From NCBI GenBank assembly GCA_021153265.1, contig JAGKTU010000001.1, forward strand, positions 9,936-73,935: a stretch of DNA of 64,000 nucleotides. Direction: 5' to 3'. Shown in pieces: positions 31,467 through 40,132 of this stretch (positions are counted from its first letter, which is position 1; the number at the start of each line of letters is the position of its first letter). Below the pieces are notes generated by a model that worked only from the letters and a program-made list of their open reading frames with translations, searched no databases and was not told the DNA's origin. Made by a program: the position numbers and the translations under genes. The stretch comes from Clostridia bacterium (GTDB taxonomy: Bacteria; Bacillota; Clostridia; Oscillospirales; Oscillospiraceae).

Positions 31467-32195
31467 TTAGTTGGTAACGGTGGTTCCGATCTTTTCGCCG
31501 CGAACCACACGGATGATACTGTTTTCTTCACTCAGACCGAAGCAGACCATGGGCATGTTGTTGTCCATAGCCAGAGCCATGGCGGTGACGTCGGTGGCCT
31601 TCAGGCCATCCTCCAGAACCTTTGCGTAGGTCAGATCGGTGTAACGAATTGCGTTGGGATCCTTCTTGGGATCGGCGGAATAGATGGCATCCACATTCTT
31701 GGCCATCAGCACAGCATCCGCCTCGATCTCCACGCCACGGAGCACTGCGCCGGTGTCGGTGGAGAAGTAGGGGTTGCCGGTGCCTGCGGCAAAAATGACC
31801 ACCTTACCCTCATTCAGATAGCGGTTAGCGGTGTCCCGGGTGAAATACTCGGCAAACTTATGCATCTCCACAGCGGTAAGCACCCGGGCATCCAGACCGT
31901 GCTGCTCCAGCACGTCCGCCACGGCGATGGCGTTCATCACGGTAGCCATCATACCCATGGCATCCGCATGGGAGCGCTGCATTTTGCCGGTGCCGTTCTT
32001 GACGCCGCGCCAGAAATTGCCGCCGCCGATGACCAGGCCAACCTGAACACCCATATTTACGCACTCTTTAATGGCGGTGCACACCTCGTTGATCTTTGCG
32101 AAGTCCAGGCCAAAGCCATCGCCGCTGGCGGTTTTCTCGCCCAGCGCCTCGCCGCTGACTTTCAGCAGAATGCGCTTGTACTTGAGTCCGTCCAA
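31467..32195 (-). CDS. pyrH: UMP kinase
   Basis: LKVSGEAL, GGGNFWRG, GNPYFSTD. Confidence 0.97.
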   Translation of the reverse strand: MDGLKYKRILLKVSGEALGEKTASGDGFGLDFAKINEVCTAIKECVNMGVQVGLVIGGGNFWRGVKNGTGKMQRSHADAMGMMATVMNAIAVADVLEQHGLDARVLTAVEMHKFAEYFTRDTANRYLNEGKVVIFAAGTGNPYFSTDTGAVLRGVEIEADAVLMAKNVDAIYSADPKKDPNAIRYTDLTYAKVLEDGLKATDVTAMALAMDNNMPMVCFGLSEENSIIRVVRGEKIGTTVTN

Positions 32196-32446
32196 ATAGA
32201 ATCACTCCTTATCTCTATTCATATCCTTTCCTATTTTAATATAAGAGCGGCAAAATGACAACCATAAAAATCAAGTTTTGTTAAATTGTTTTCTCTTTTT
32301 TCACATTTTCTCTCCTGTGTACAATTTTCACACATAATCCCTCATGGAAAAACCATATTATGGCGCAGTTTTTTGTTGCAAATCCCATCGCTATGGGTTA
32401 TAATGACGTATTATTGAATCTAATTCCAAAGAGAGGATGTTTATAT

Positions 32447-34126
32447 ATGGCTGAAATCACCGAAAGCAAAAATTTCATCCACGCATTCATCGATGAAGAC
32501 ATCGCCGAGGGCGGCCGCTATGCCGGTCAGACTGTGCATACCCGTTTCCCTCCCGAGCCCAACGGTTATCTGCACATCGGCCACTGCAAGGCTCTGACCA
32601 TCGACTTCGGCACCGCCGAAAAGTATAACGGCATGTGCAACCTGCGTATGGACGACACCAATCCCACCAAGGAGGACGTGGAGTTCGTCGAGGCCATCAA
32701 GGAGGATATCCACTGGCTGGGCTTCGACTGGGGTGACCGGTTCTTCTATGGCTCCGATTACTTTGAAAAGGACTACGAGTTTGCCGTGGAGCTGATCAAG
32801 AAGGGTCTGGCTTACGTCTGCGAGCTGACTCCCGAGCAGTTCAAGGAATTCCGTGGCGATCTGAACACCCCTGCCACCTCCCCCTACCGGGATCGTCCCA
32901 TGGAGGAGAGCCTGGACCTGTTTGCCCGGATGCGTGCCGGTGAGTTCCCCGACAACGCCATGACCCTGCGTGCCAAGATCGATCTGGCTTCCGGCAACTT
33001 CAATATGCGTGACCCGGTCATCTACCGCATCCGCCATATGCACCATCATCGTCAGGGTGACAAGTGGTGCATCTACCCCATGTACGACTTTGCCCATCCC
33101 ATTCAGGACGCACTGGAGGGTATCACCCATTCCCTGTGTTCTCTGGAGTTTGAGAACCACCGCCCCCTGTACAACTGGGTTGTGGAGAACGTTTCTGTGC
33201 CCCACACTCCCCGGCAGATCGAGTTCGCCCGTCTGGGCATCGACCACACCGTGCTGAGTAAGCGCAAGCTGAGAGCGCTGGTGGAGAACGGCCATGTTGC
33301 CGGCTGGGATGATCCCAGAATGCCCACCCTGTGCGGTCTGCGCCGCCGCGGCTACACCCCTAAGTCCATCCGCAACTTCTGTGAGCGCGTGGGCGTTGCC
33401 AAGAGCCCCAACACCATCCCCTACGCCTTCCTGGAGTTCTGCCTCCGTGAGGATCTGAATGAGACTGCCGCCCGTGTCATGGCAGTTCTGAAGCCTGTGA
33501 AGCTGACCATCACCAACTATCCCGAGGGTCAGTCCGAGACCGTCACCGTTGAGAACAACCCCAACCGTCCCGAGGACGGCACCCGTGAGGTTACCTTCTC
33601 CCGGAATCTGTGGATCGAAGCTGACGATTTCCTGGCTCAGCCCATTCCCAAGTACAAGCGTCTGTACCCCGATGGCCCCGAGTGCCGTCTGAAGGGCGCC
33701 TACCTCATCAAGTGTACCGGCTGCGTCACCGATGAGAACGGCAACGTTACCGAGGTTCTGGCAACCTATGACCCCGAGTCCCGTGGCGGCGACCCCGCCG
33801 ACGGCCGGAAGGTCAAGGGCGCGACCATCCACTGGGTGGACGCCGAGACCGCCGTGGATGCCGAGGTTCGTCAGTACGATAACCTGTTCGACGATCCCGA
33901 TCCGGATGCCGCTGGAAAGGATTATCTGGCCTGCATGAATCCTAAGTCTCTGGAAGTCCTCACCGGCTGTAAGGTGGAAGCCTCTCTGGCCAATGCCAAG
34001 GCACCTGCCTCCTATCAGTTCATGCGTCTGGGCTACTTCTGCCCTGACAGCCGTGACTGCGCCCCCGGTCATCTGGTGTTCAACCGTTCCGTCAGCCTGA
34101 AGGACAGCTTCAAGCCCGGTAAGTAA
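32447..34126 (+). CDS. glnS: Glutamine--tRNA ligase
   Basis: TRFPPEPNGYLHIGH, IYPMYDFAH, LSKRKL, WDDPRMPT. Promoter TTGCAA-17-TATAAT upstream. Confidence 0.96.
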   Translation: MAEITESKNFIHAFIDEDIAEGGRYAGQTVHTRFPPEPNGYLHIGHCKALTIDFGTAEKYNGMCNLRMDDTNPTKEDVEFVEAIKEDIHWLGFDWGDRFFYGSDYFEKDYEFAVELIKKGLAYVCELTPEQFKEFRGDLNTPATSPYRDRPMEESLDLFARMRAGEFPDNAMTLRAKIDLASGNFNMRDPVIYRIRHMHHHRQGDKWCIYPMYDFAHPIQDALEGITHSLCSLEFENHRPLYNWVVENVSVPHTPRQIEFARLGIDHTVLSKRKLRALVENGHVAGWDDPRMPTLCGLRRRGYTPKSIRNFCERVGVAKSPNTIPYAFLEFCLREDLNETAARVMAVLKPVKLTITNYPEGQSETVTVENNPNRPEDGTREVTFSRNLWIEADDFLAQPIPKYKRLYPDGPECRLKGAYLIKCTGCVTDENGNVTEVLATYDPESRGGDPADGRKVKGATIHWVDAETAVDAEVRQYDNLFDDPDPDAAGKDYLACMNPKSLEVLTGCKVEASLANAKAPASYQFMRLGYFCPDSRDCAPGHLVFNRSVSLKDSFKPGK

Positions 34127-34131
34127 TGCAT

Positions 34132-34170
34132 TTTGCCCCGCTGCCAACACGGCAGTGGGGCAATTTTATT
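34132..34170 (+). terminator. Terminator after glnS
   Basis: TTGCCCCGCTGCC..GGCAGTGGGGCAA TTTTATT. Confidence 0.8.
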
Positions 34171-34172
34171 TC

Positions 34173-34258
34173 GCAAAGTTTATTATACATTTTTTGCAAA
34201 GTGGGCTTGACATCTTTCGCAAAGTATGCTATTCTTTTTATGCAAAGTTGACTTAGCA
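34173..34258 (+). promoter_or_regulatory. Four GCAAAGT operator sites at 23-bp period overlapping a SigA promoter
   Basis: GCAAAGT at 34173, 34196, 34219, 34242. TTGACA 34207-34212, TATTCT 34230-34235. Confidence 0.75.
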
Positions 34259-34305
34259 GTTGTCGCCCGTGGACGCATGGGCGGCAAGAAAAAAGGAGTA
34301 AACCT

Positions 34306-34509
34306 ATGAATACAAGAATTCGCGAGCTTCGCAAGGCGCGGAAGCTCTCTCAGGAGGAGCTGGCGGACGCCGTGGGAACCACCCGGCAGACCATCACCTC
34401 TATCGAAGTGGGAAAATACACCGCTTCCTTGCCCCTGGCTTACAAAATTGCCCACTATTTTGGGCTGACTATCGAAGAAGTATTTGATTTTTCCAATTTG
34501 GAGGACTAA
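34306..34509 (+). CDS. XRE/Cro-CI family HTH transcriptional regulator
   Basis: IRELRK..LSQEELA..VG.TRQTI..IE.GKY..SL.LA. Confidence 0.93.
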   Translation: MNTRIRELRKARKLSQEELADAVGTTRQTITSIEVGKYTASLPLAYKIAHYFGLTIEEVFDFSNLED

Positions 34510-34512
34510 TTT

Positions 34513-34983
34513 ATGGAAAGCTTTAAAGACAAACTGAAAGTTCAAAACATTTCAAACGCTATTTGCATCGTGATCCTGGCACTGTTCAACATTTTCCGCC
34601 TCTTTTCCCAGGTTGGACTGATCCCCAACCTGGTACCTGCCGTCAACGATGACAGTTGGGCCAATGCTTGGAACGGCTTTGCCACCGGTTCGACTACCAC
34701 CATGCTGGTCTTCATGACCGTTGCCCTGATCCGCAATCTTAAGGCTCTGAAGGATGAAAAAGCGCTGAAAAAGCTGTATGTCAAGGAAAATGACGAGCGC
34801 ACTATCCAGATTTGGACTTCTGCCCGTGCCGCTGCCTTCCAGACATTCCTGCTGCTGGGCATTGTGGCTACCATCATCGCCGGTTATTTCAACATCACCG
34901 TATTTATTACCATCGCCGCTACCCTGTTCTGCGCCAGTATGGTGGCTATCGGTTTCAAATTCTACTACACTAATAAATATTAA
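34513..34983 (+). CDS. 4-TM membrane protein with DER motif (DUF2178/DUF6442-like)
   Basis: ENDERTIQI...A motif between TM pairs, directly behind XRE. Confidence 0.7.
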   Translation: MESFKDKLKVQNISNAICIVILALFNIFRLFSQVGLIPNLVPAVNDDSWANAWNGFATGSTTTMLVFMTVALIRNLKALKDEKALKKLYVKENDERTIQIWTSARAAAFQTFLLLGIVATIIAGYFNITVFITIAATLFCASMVAIGFKFYYTNKY

Positions 34984-34992
34984 GGTAATATT

Positions 34993-35169
34993 ATGGACAA
35001 CAAAACGAGAAACAGATTGCGTAAAATCTCCGTGATCGGCCTGCTCATTGCCGGTCTGATTTTTCTTGGACTGAGCATCTTTGAGAAAAGCAGAACTGAT
35101 CTTATCATCGGACTGGCTCTCATCACCATTGGCAACGTGCATAACGCACGACTCAAGTCGGAGAAGTGA
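34993..35169 (+). CDS. Small 2-TM protein (58 aa, below the ORF-track cut-off)
   Basis: MDNKTRNRLRKISVIGLLIAGLIFLGLSIFEKSRTDLIIGLALITIGNVHNARLKSEK. RBS AAGGT, followed by a terminator. Confidence 0.7.
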   Translation: MDNKTRNRLRKISVIGLLIAGLIFLGLSIFEKSRTDLIIGLALITIGNVHNARLKSEK

Positions 35170-35172
35170 AAT

Positions 35173-35203
35173 AACGCCGTACCAAACAAGGTACGGCGTT
35201 TTC
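35173..35203. terminator. Terminator between XRE cassette and rex
   Basis: AACGCCGTACC aaacaa GGTACGGCGTTTT. Confidence 0.8.
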
Positions 35204-35204
35204 C

Positions 35205-35855
35205 TTATTTACCGGATTCTTTTTCTTCCTTGATCTGAGCCTGGAGGTGGACAGACAAGACTGCCAAAGACATGGCCATATTCTCCGACTGGACCAAAAT
35301 ATTCCGGGGCACGTCCAGATGGGTGGGAGCAAAATTCCAGATGGCTTTGATGCCGCCGGCGATCAGAAGATCCGCTACCTCCTGCGCATGCTCACCGGGG
35401 ACGGTGATGATGCCCATAAGCACCTTATGCTTGCGGCAGAATGCTTCCAGCTTATCGATATGATAGACAGACTTGCCCTCCACGGTGCGATCCATCTGAG
35501 GGTTCTTGTCGAAGGCGGCAAGGATGTTCAGACCGTAATCTTCAAATCCCTTATAGCCCATGAGCGCCTGTCCCAATTTTCCTGCGCCGATGAGGACGGC
35601 ATCGGTAGTATTGTCATAACCCAAAAACTGCTCGATATCATCGATCAGACTCTCCCGGAGGTAGCCGATCTTGGGTCGGCCGCCGTCGGAGACCATTGCC
35701 AGATCCTTGCGAACCTGCACCTCACCCATGCCGAGAGCATTGGCAAGGGCGGTAGCGGAAATGTAGGCCGAACTGCCGTCTGGAACACTCTTCAAGTAGG
35801 CCAGATACCCGGGAAGCCGCTTGAGAACGGATTGAGAAATCTTCTTCTTTTCCAT
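35205..35855 (-). CDS. rex: Redox-sensing repressor Rex family (divergent paralogue)
   Basis: KRLPGY, QVRKDL, GAGKLGQAL Rossmann fold, IWNFAP. Confidence 0.9.
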   Translation of the reverse strand: MEKKKISQSVLKRLPGYLAYLKSVPDGSSAYISATALANALGMGEVQVRKDLAMVSDGGRPKIGYLRESLIDDIEQFLGYDNTTDAVLIGAGKLGQALMGYKGFEDYGLNILAAFDKNPQMDRTVEGKSVYHIDKLEAFCRKHKVLMGIITVPGEHAQEVADLLIAGGIKAIWNFAPTHLDVPRNILVQSENMAMSLAVLSVHLQAQIKEEKESGK

Positions 35856-35944
35856 CGGAATGCCTCTTTTCAAATCGGTATAGATTTTATCGATACATTT
35901 CTATATCGATTATAGCATACCGATTTGTCGAATGCAACCTAAAC

Positions 35945-36655
35945 TTAAGCGCAACTGGTCTGACGAAGCAACTCTTTGCGCAGCCTAAGCATGATGCGTT
36001 TTTCCAAGCGGGAGATATAGGACTGGGAGATGCCCATTTTCTGGGCGACCTCTTTCTGGGTCAGCTCCTTTCTTCCCTCCAGACCGTAGCGCATCTGGAC
36101 GATCTCCCGTTCCCGGTCAGGCAGTTCTTTCAGAGCCTGACGCAGAAGCTGGATGTCCACATCGTCCTCCAAGCGGCCGGTGACGATGTTTTCGTCGGTA
36201 CCGATGATGTCGGAGAGTAAAAGCTCGTTACCCTCGTAGTCCATGTTAATGGGTTCATCCAGACTGATCTCCGCCTTTTGGGAGGAAATTTTGCGGATGT
36301 GCATCAAAATCTCGTTTTCGATGCACCGGGCAGCGTAGGTTGCAAGTTTGATATTTTTCTCAAGCCGGTAGGTGCCGATGGCTTTGATGAGACCGATGGT
36401 GCCGATGGAGATCAGGTCTTCCAAATTGGTACCGGAGCTTTCAAACCGCCGGGCGATATAGACCACAAGGCGCAGATTGTGCTCGATGAGGGTCTGTTTT
36501 GCCTGTTCATCGCCCCGTTCCAGCGCTTCCAGAGCAGACAGTTCCTCCTGTCCTTTCAAGGGTGGGGGCAGAACATCGCTGCCGCCGATGTAATAAAGAT
36601 TCCCGGAGGGAACCAAACCCAACCATACCAGAATGTTTCGGAATTTTTCGATCAT
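35945..36655 (-). CDS. sigE: Sporulation sigma factor SigE (pro-sigmaE)
   Basis: Pro-sequence then YYIGGSDVLPPPL, DLISIGTIGLIKA, ISQSYISRLEK. Lies downstream of spoIIGA. Confidence 0.95.
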   Translation of the reverse strand: MIEKFRNILVWLGLVPSGNLYYIGGSDVLPPPLKGQEELSALEALERGDEQAKQTLIEHNLRLVVYIARRFESSGTNLEDLISIGTIGLIKAIGTYRLEKNIKLATYAARCIENEILMHIRKISSQKAEISLDEPINMDYEGNELLLSDIIGTDENIVTGRLEDDVDIQLLRQALKELPDREREIVQMRYGLEGRKELTQKEVAQKMGISQSYISRLEKRIMLRLRKELLRQTSCA

Positions 36656-37425
36656 GCCATACCTCCTGTCAATGCCTGAAACCCCTCTCCCCTGCCGATC
36701 GGTTCCGGCGCCAATGCGATCAACGCGGAACCATGTTTCCCTCCCAGTTTTACATCTCGAAAACGCATGGCCAGCAGCATTCCGCCTCCCTGTCCTACAG
36801 ATGCATAGGGAATCAGCCGCAGACCCAGCTGCTTTTGCCGCGCCATGGTTTCCAACGGGCTTCGGAGTTGAGCCTCCGTAAGTCCGGAGATTTCCTGTGC
36901 GGCTTTTCCACCAATTACAAGTACGTTTTCACCGGTGATGGGATCTTTCAGACCGTTTCCGGTGTCCCGGAGGGCGATGAGGTCGACGGTCTTTCCATCA
37001 TGGCGGATTTGCAGAGGGATATAGGTTCTGCCCACCGTGCCAGAGCCGAACCCCACCTTGCACAGTCCCCAGATACCAAAAGCGCCCAGCAAAATCCAGA
37101 CAAAATCCCGGCTGTGGAAACTGGAAACCACGCCACCAAGAGCCATGGTCAGCAGCACGAAGATGCCGCAACGGCGCAGGGCACTGGAGTTAAGTCCGAA
37201 TGCAAGGACAGACATCGCACCCAAACTCACAAGACGCCATAGGATATTTCCCAGGAAATGAAACTCAGGCACCAGACATGCACCTCCATAAAGGCCGCCC
37301 AGAAGTGCCGCCGGGATCAATCGTTTGATATTTGCCGAAAATCCGGTCAGACGGTTTGTCCCCAAAAGCAGCAGAAAGTCCACCGCAGCGTTCAAAAGCA
37401 TCACCAAATCCAGATACACTACCAT
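36652..37425 (-). CDS. spoIIGA: Pro-sigmaE processing aspartic protease
   Basis: VYLD..LLN..VD.LLL, 5 TM, DTGN.L.DP, IPYASVG. Confidence 0.92.
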   Translation of the reverse strand: MVVYLDLVMLLNAAVDFLLLLGTNRLTGFSANIKRLIPAALLGGLYGGACLVPEFHFLGNILWRLVSLGAMSVLAFGLNSSALRRCGIFVLLTMALGGVVSSFHSRDFVWILLGAFGIWGLCKVGFGSGTVGRTYIPLQIRHDGKTVDLIALRDTGNGLKDPITGENVLVIGGKAAQEISGLTEAQLRSPLETMARQKQLGLRLIPYASVGQGGGMLLAMRFRDVKLGGKHGSALIALAPEPIGRGEGFQALTGGMA

Positions 37426-37589
37426 AGGCCGCCCTCCTGTTTCGTAAGATTGGTTACGGGACGAGTATACCGCCCCCGGGCGAAGAAGTCGGTCGCATCT
37501 GTGGCTGCCCACCGCCGCAAGTTCGGTCATGGTCAGTCCCCTTTCAGCGGCAAACTGCCCCAGATACAAAAAGGCTGCAGCTGATTTAC

Positions 37590-37799
37590 TCAGCCGCAGC
37601 CTGATGCCGTCGTATCCGCATCTTCCCGGATAACCTGGCGAATATTCTTCTCCGCTTTGAATCTTGGAGTCATCAGTTCATGTCCGCAGCCCAGGCACCG
37701 CAGGCGAAAATCTGCACCGGTGCGCAGCACCTTCCACTTCTTTTCGCCGCAGGGGTGGGCTTTTTTCATGACCAAAATATCATTCAGTCGGATATCCAT
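37590..37799 (-). CDS. DUF951 (YyzM-like) protein
   Basis: MKKAHPCG..W..LRTGADFRL.C.GCG. Confidence 0.9.
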   Translation of the reverse strand: MDIRLNDILVMKKAHPCGEKKWKVLRTGADFRLRCLGCGHELMTPRFKAEKNIRQVIREDADTTASGCG

Positions 37800-37808
37800 A
37801 GATTTTCC

Positions 37809-39071
37809 TCACTTTCCCTTGATGGTCTCCCAATACTGCCGGGCGGCCTGTTCCAATTTATTGGGACCGTAGGTGTAGTAGTGTGTTCCCACCAGTTCGT
37901 CGGGCAGGTACTGCTGCTGCACCCAGTGATTGGGATAGTCATGGGGATATTGGTAGCCCTGCTCCCGTTCCATCGTGTAAGAGTCCGCATGGACGTTCTG
38001 CAGGTGTCGGGGGAAACTGCCGCCCTTGCCCTTTCGGACGTCTGCCAGGGCTGCATCCAGGGCGATATGGCCGGAATTGGACTTGGGGCTTGTAGCCATC
38101 AGCACGGCGGCGTCGCCCAGAGGGATTCTGGCCTCCGGCATGCCCAGCTTCAGAGCCATATCCACGCAGGCGTTGACAATAGGGATGATCTGAGGGAACG
38201 CAAGGCCCACATCCTCTGCCGCGATGACCATCAGCCGCCGGCAGGCGGACTGCATCTGTCCGGCCTCCAGAAGCCGCGCCAGATAGTGGCAGGCGGCGTC
38301 GGGATCGGAGCCGCGGATGGACTTTTGCAGAGCAGAGAGCAGGTCATAGTGGTTGTCACCGTCCCGGTCGGCACGGAGGGCGCTCTTCTGGGTGACGGCT
38401 TTGGCATCAGAAAGGGTCAGCGGAATCCGGCTACCATCGATGATACCGGCAGAGAACAGAACCTCCACGGCATTCATGGCTTTGCGAAGATCGCCGCCGC
38501 AGGCACCGGCAATATACTCCAGCGCCCCCTCCTCCGGCACAGCCGTCAAGGCGGTGCGCTGCTCCATAAAGGAAACCGCCCGCTTCACCGCTTTCAGCGC
38601 GGCAGCGGCATCGATTTGCTTAAACTCAAAGATGGTGGAGCGGCTCAAAATGGCGTTAAAGACGTAGAAATAGGGATTCTCCGTGGTAGATGCGATGAGG
38701 GTGATCTTACCGTTTTCGATGTATTCCAGCAAACTCTGCTGCTGCTTTTTATTGAAGGACTGGATCTCGTCCAAGTACAGCAAAACTCCGTTGGGGGCCA
38801 TGAAGGTATCCAACTGAGCCACGATCTCCTTGATATCCGCGGTGGATGCGGTGGTGGCGTTGAGCTTGTAAAGGGTGCGGTTGGTCTGCTTGGCGATGAT
38901 ATTGGCAACGGTGGTTTTACCGGTGCCGCTGGGGCCGTAGAAGACCATGTTGGGAACTTTTCCCGAGTCGATGAGGCGGCGCAGCACCGCCCCCTGCCCC
39001 AAAATATGCTCCTGTCCGAAAACCTCGTCCAATGTGGTAGGCCGCAAAAGATCGGCCAGCGGCTGGTACAT
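37809..39071 (-). CDS. rarA: Replication-associated recombination protein A (MgsA/RarA)
   Basis: PLADLLRP, GPSGTGKTT, LDEI, TTENP, SALQKSIRGSD, EDVG.A. Confidence 0.95.
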   Translation of the reverse strand: MYQPLADLLRPTTLDEVFGQEHILGQGAVLRRLIDSGKVPNMVFYGPSGTGKTTVANIIAKQTNRTLYKLNATTASTADIKEIVAQLDTFMAPNGVLLYLDEIQSFNKKQQQSLLEYIENGKITLIASTTENPYFYVFNAILSRSTIFEFKQIDAAAALKAVKRAVSFMEQRTALTAVPEEGALEYIAGACGGDLRKAMNAVEVLFSAGIIDGSRIPLTLSDAKAVTQKSALRADRDGDNHYDLLSALQKSIRGSDPDAACHYLARLLEAGQMQSACRRLMVIAAEDVGLAFPQIIPIVNACVDMALKLGMPEARIPLGDAAVLMATSPKSNSGHIALDAALADVRKGKGGSFPRHLQNVHADSYTMEREQGYQYPHDYPNHWVQQQYLPDELVGTHYYTYGPNKLEQAARQYWETIKGK

Positions 39072-39147
39072 ATTCGCCACCTCCTTATGTTTGATCATTT
39101 ACCATACTATAGCACAAATGATTGCAAATTGCACCTATTATTTTCTA

Positions 39148-39180
39148 AAATAATCCCCCCTCCGGGTGTGGAGGGGGATT
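39148..39180 (-). terminator. Terminator after the COG0523 pair
   Basis: AATCCCCCCTCC..GGAGGGGGATT with T-rich tail on - strand. Confidence 0.7.
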
Positions 39181-39185
39181 CAAAA

Positions 39186-40130
39186 TCAGAAAGTTGCCAC
39201 GTCGGGTTCGGCGGGAGTTGCGCCCTTGACCACCTCAATAGCAGTCAAGACAGGGCCAAGCTCGCCTTTATAGAGCTTATGCTTCTCGGCGGTGATCTTC
39301 GCTGTCACCATGACCCAGCTCCGGGACTCCAGCTCCTTAGGATTGGAATACCGGCAGGGTATGCCGCAGAACTGGATATCGTCCACGCAGCAGGTCATGA
39401 CAAACCGACCAGGGGCGAACATATTGTCCTTTTCCCGGCGGAGCATAGCCACCTGAGCCTTGAAGCGGACGGTTTTGCCGTTGTACTTCTGAGGTTCTTC
39501 GGTGACATCCCGATACCAGAGGGCATAATCCTCGTCCTTGACCTCGATGACGGGTGCGTTGATGTCGAAAGGCAGAGGATCCTCGATCTCATCAAAACTG
39601 GTAGTGCCGTCGGTATAGTCGTAGAGGATATCGATGCGGCGGCTGGCGGCTCGGGCCAGCTTGTGGAAAGGCATCACGTCCGCGCCCTTTTCCAGACGGT
39701 TGAAGACCACCATCTGAGCGCCAACCAGCTTGTCCATGACCAGATTCCGCATATTGGCGTTGTAAGCCATGATGGTGGTGGTATCAGCGAACATGACCTC
39801 CTGGGCCAGCGCCCAGCCCTCAGGGAATCGCATATAGAGGTCGCCCACCTGCTGCATGCCGTTCAGCTCCACCACAACCCGCTCGGGCTTGTACTTCTTT
39901 TGCAGAGCCAGCAGCTCCTTGGTTGTGACGGTGGCCTGATCCAGCACCTCGAGATAGATGTTCTTATGGGGATAGGTGGAGAAGTCATACTCCTCCTCAC
40001 CTTCCTCAAACACCAGCAGCAGCGTGCGCTCACCGGCATTGAAACGCTCATCTTCCAGCGTTTCCTGAATGAATTTGGTCTTACCGGAGTCTAAAAATCC
40101 GGTAAAGGCATAAACGGGAATCTGTACCAT
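39186..40130 (-). CDS. Degenerate G3E-GTPase-like domain fused to a YcgQ/TIGR03943-like C-terminal domain
   Basis: FTGFLDSGKT, EEGEEE, VELNGM, FNR. C-terminal GRFVMTCCVDD...WVMV. Confidence 0.7.
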   Translation of the reverse strand: MVQIPVYAFTGFLDSGKTKFIQETLEDERFNAGERTLLLVFEEGEEEYDFSTYPHKNIYLEVLDQATVTTKELLALQKKYKPERVVVELNGMQQVGDLYMRFPEGWALAQEVMFADTTTIMAYNANMRNLVMDKLVGAQMVVFNRLEKGADVMPFHKLARAASRRIDILYDYTDGTTSFDEIEDPLPFDINAPVIEVKDEDYALWYRDVTEEPQKYNGKTVRFKAQVAMLRREKDNMFAPGRFVMTCCVDDIQFCGIPCRYSNPKELESRSWVMVTAKITAEKHKLYKGELGPVLTAIEVVKGATPAEPDVATF

Positions 40131-40132
40131 AT

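Noticed and set aside
32196-32446. T-box leader before glnS
   Set aside because: The promoter lies about 40 nt from the start codon, and no T-box motif or terminator is present.
34173-34258. Regularly spaced repeats as a mini-CRISPR
   Set aside because: A 7-bp core with a 23-bp period is far too short, it overlaps a promoter, and no cas genes are present.
37440-37560. Spo0A boxes at the spoIIG promoter
   Set aside because: A TATACT -10 is visible but only degenerate (5/7) 0A-like matches are present, so it is not supportable.
37680-40094. 804-aa + strand ORF spanning three genes
   Set aside because: Antisense to DUF951, rarA and the GTPase-like gene, with no RBS or motifs. Long antisense ORFs are common here because of GC-rich third positions (likewise 4806-6818, 21772-23415, 32441-34150, 58325-59971, 61780-63960).
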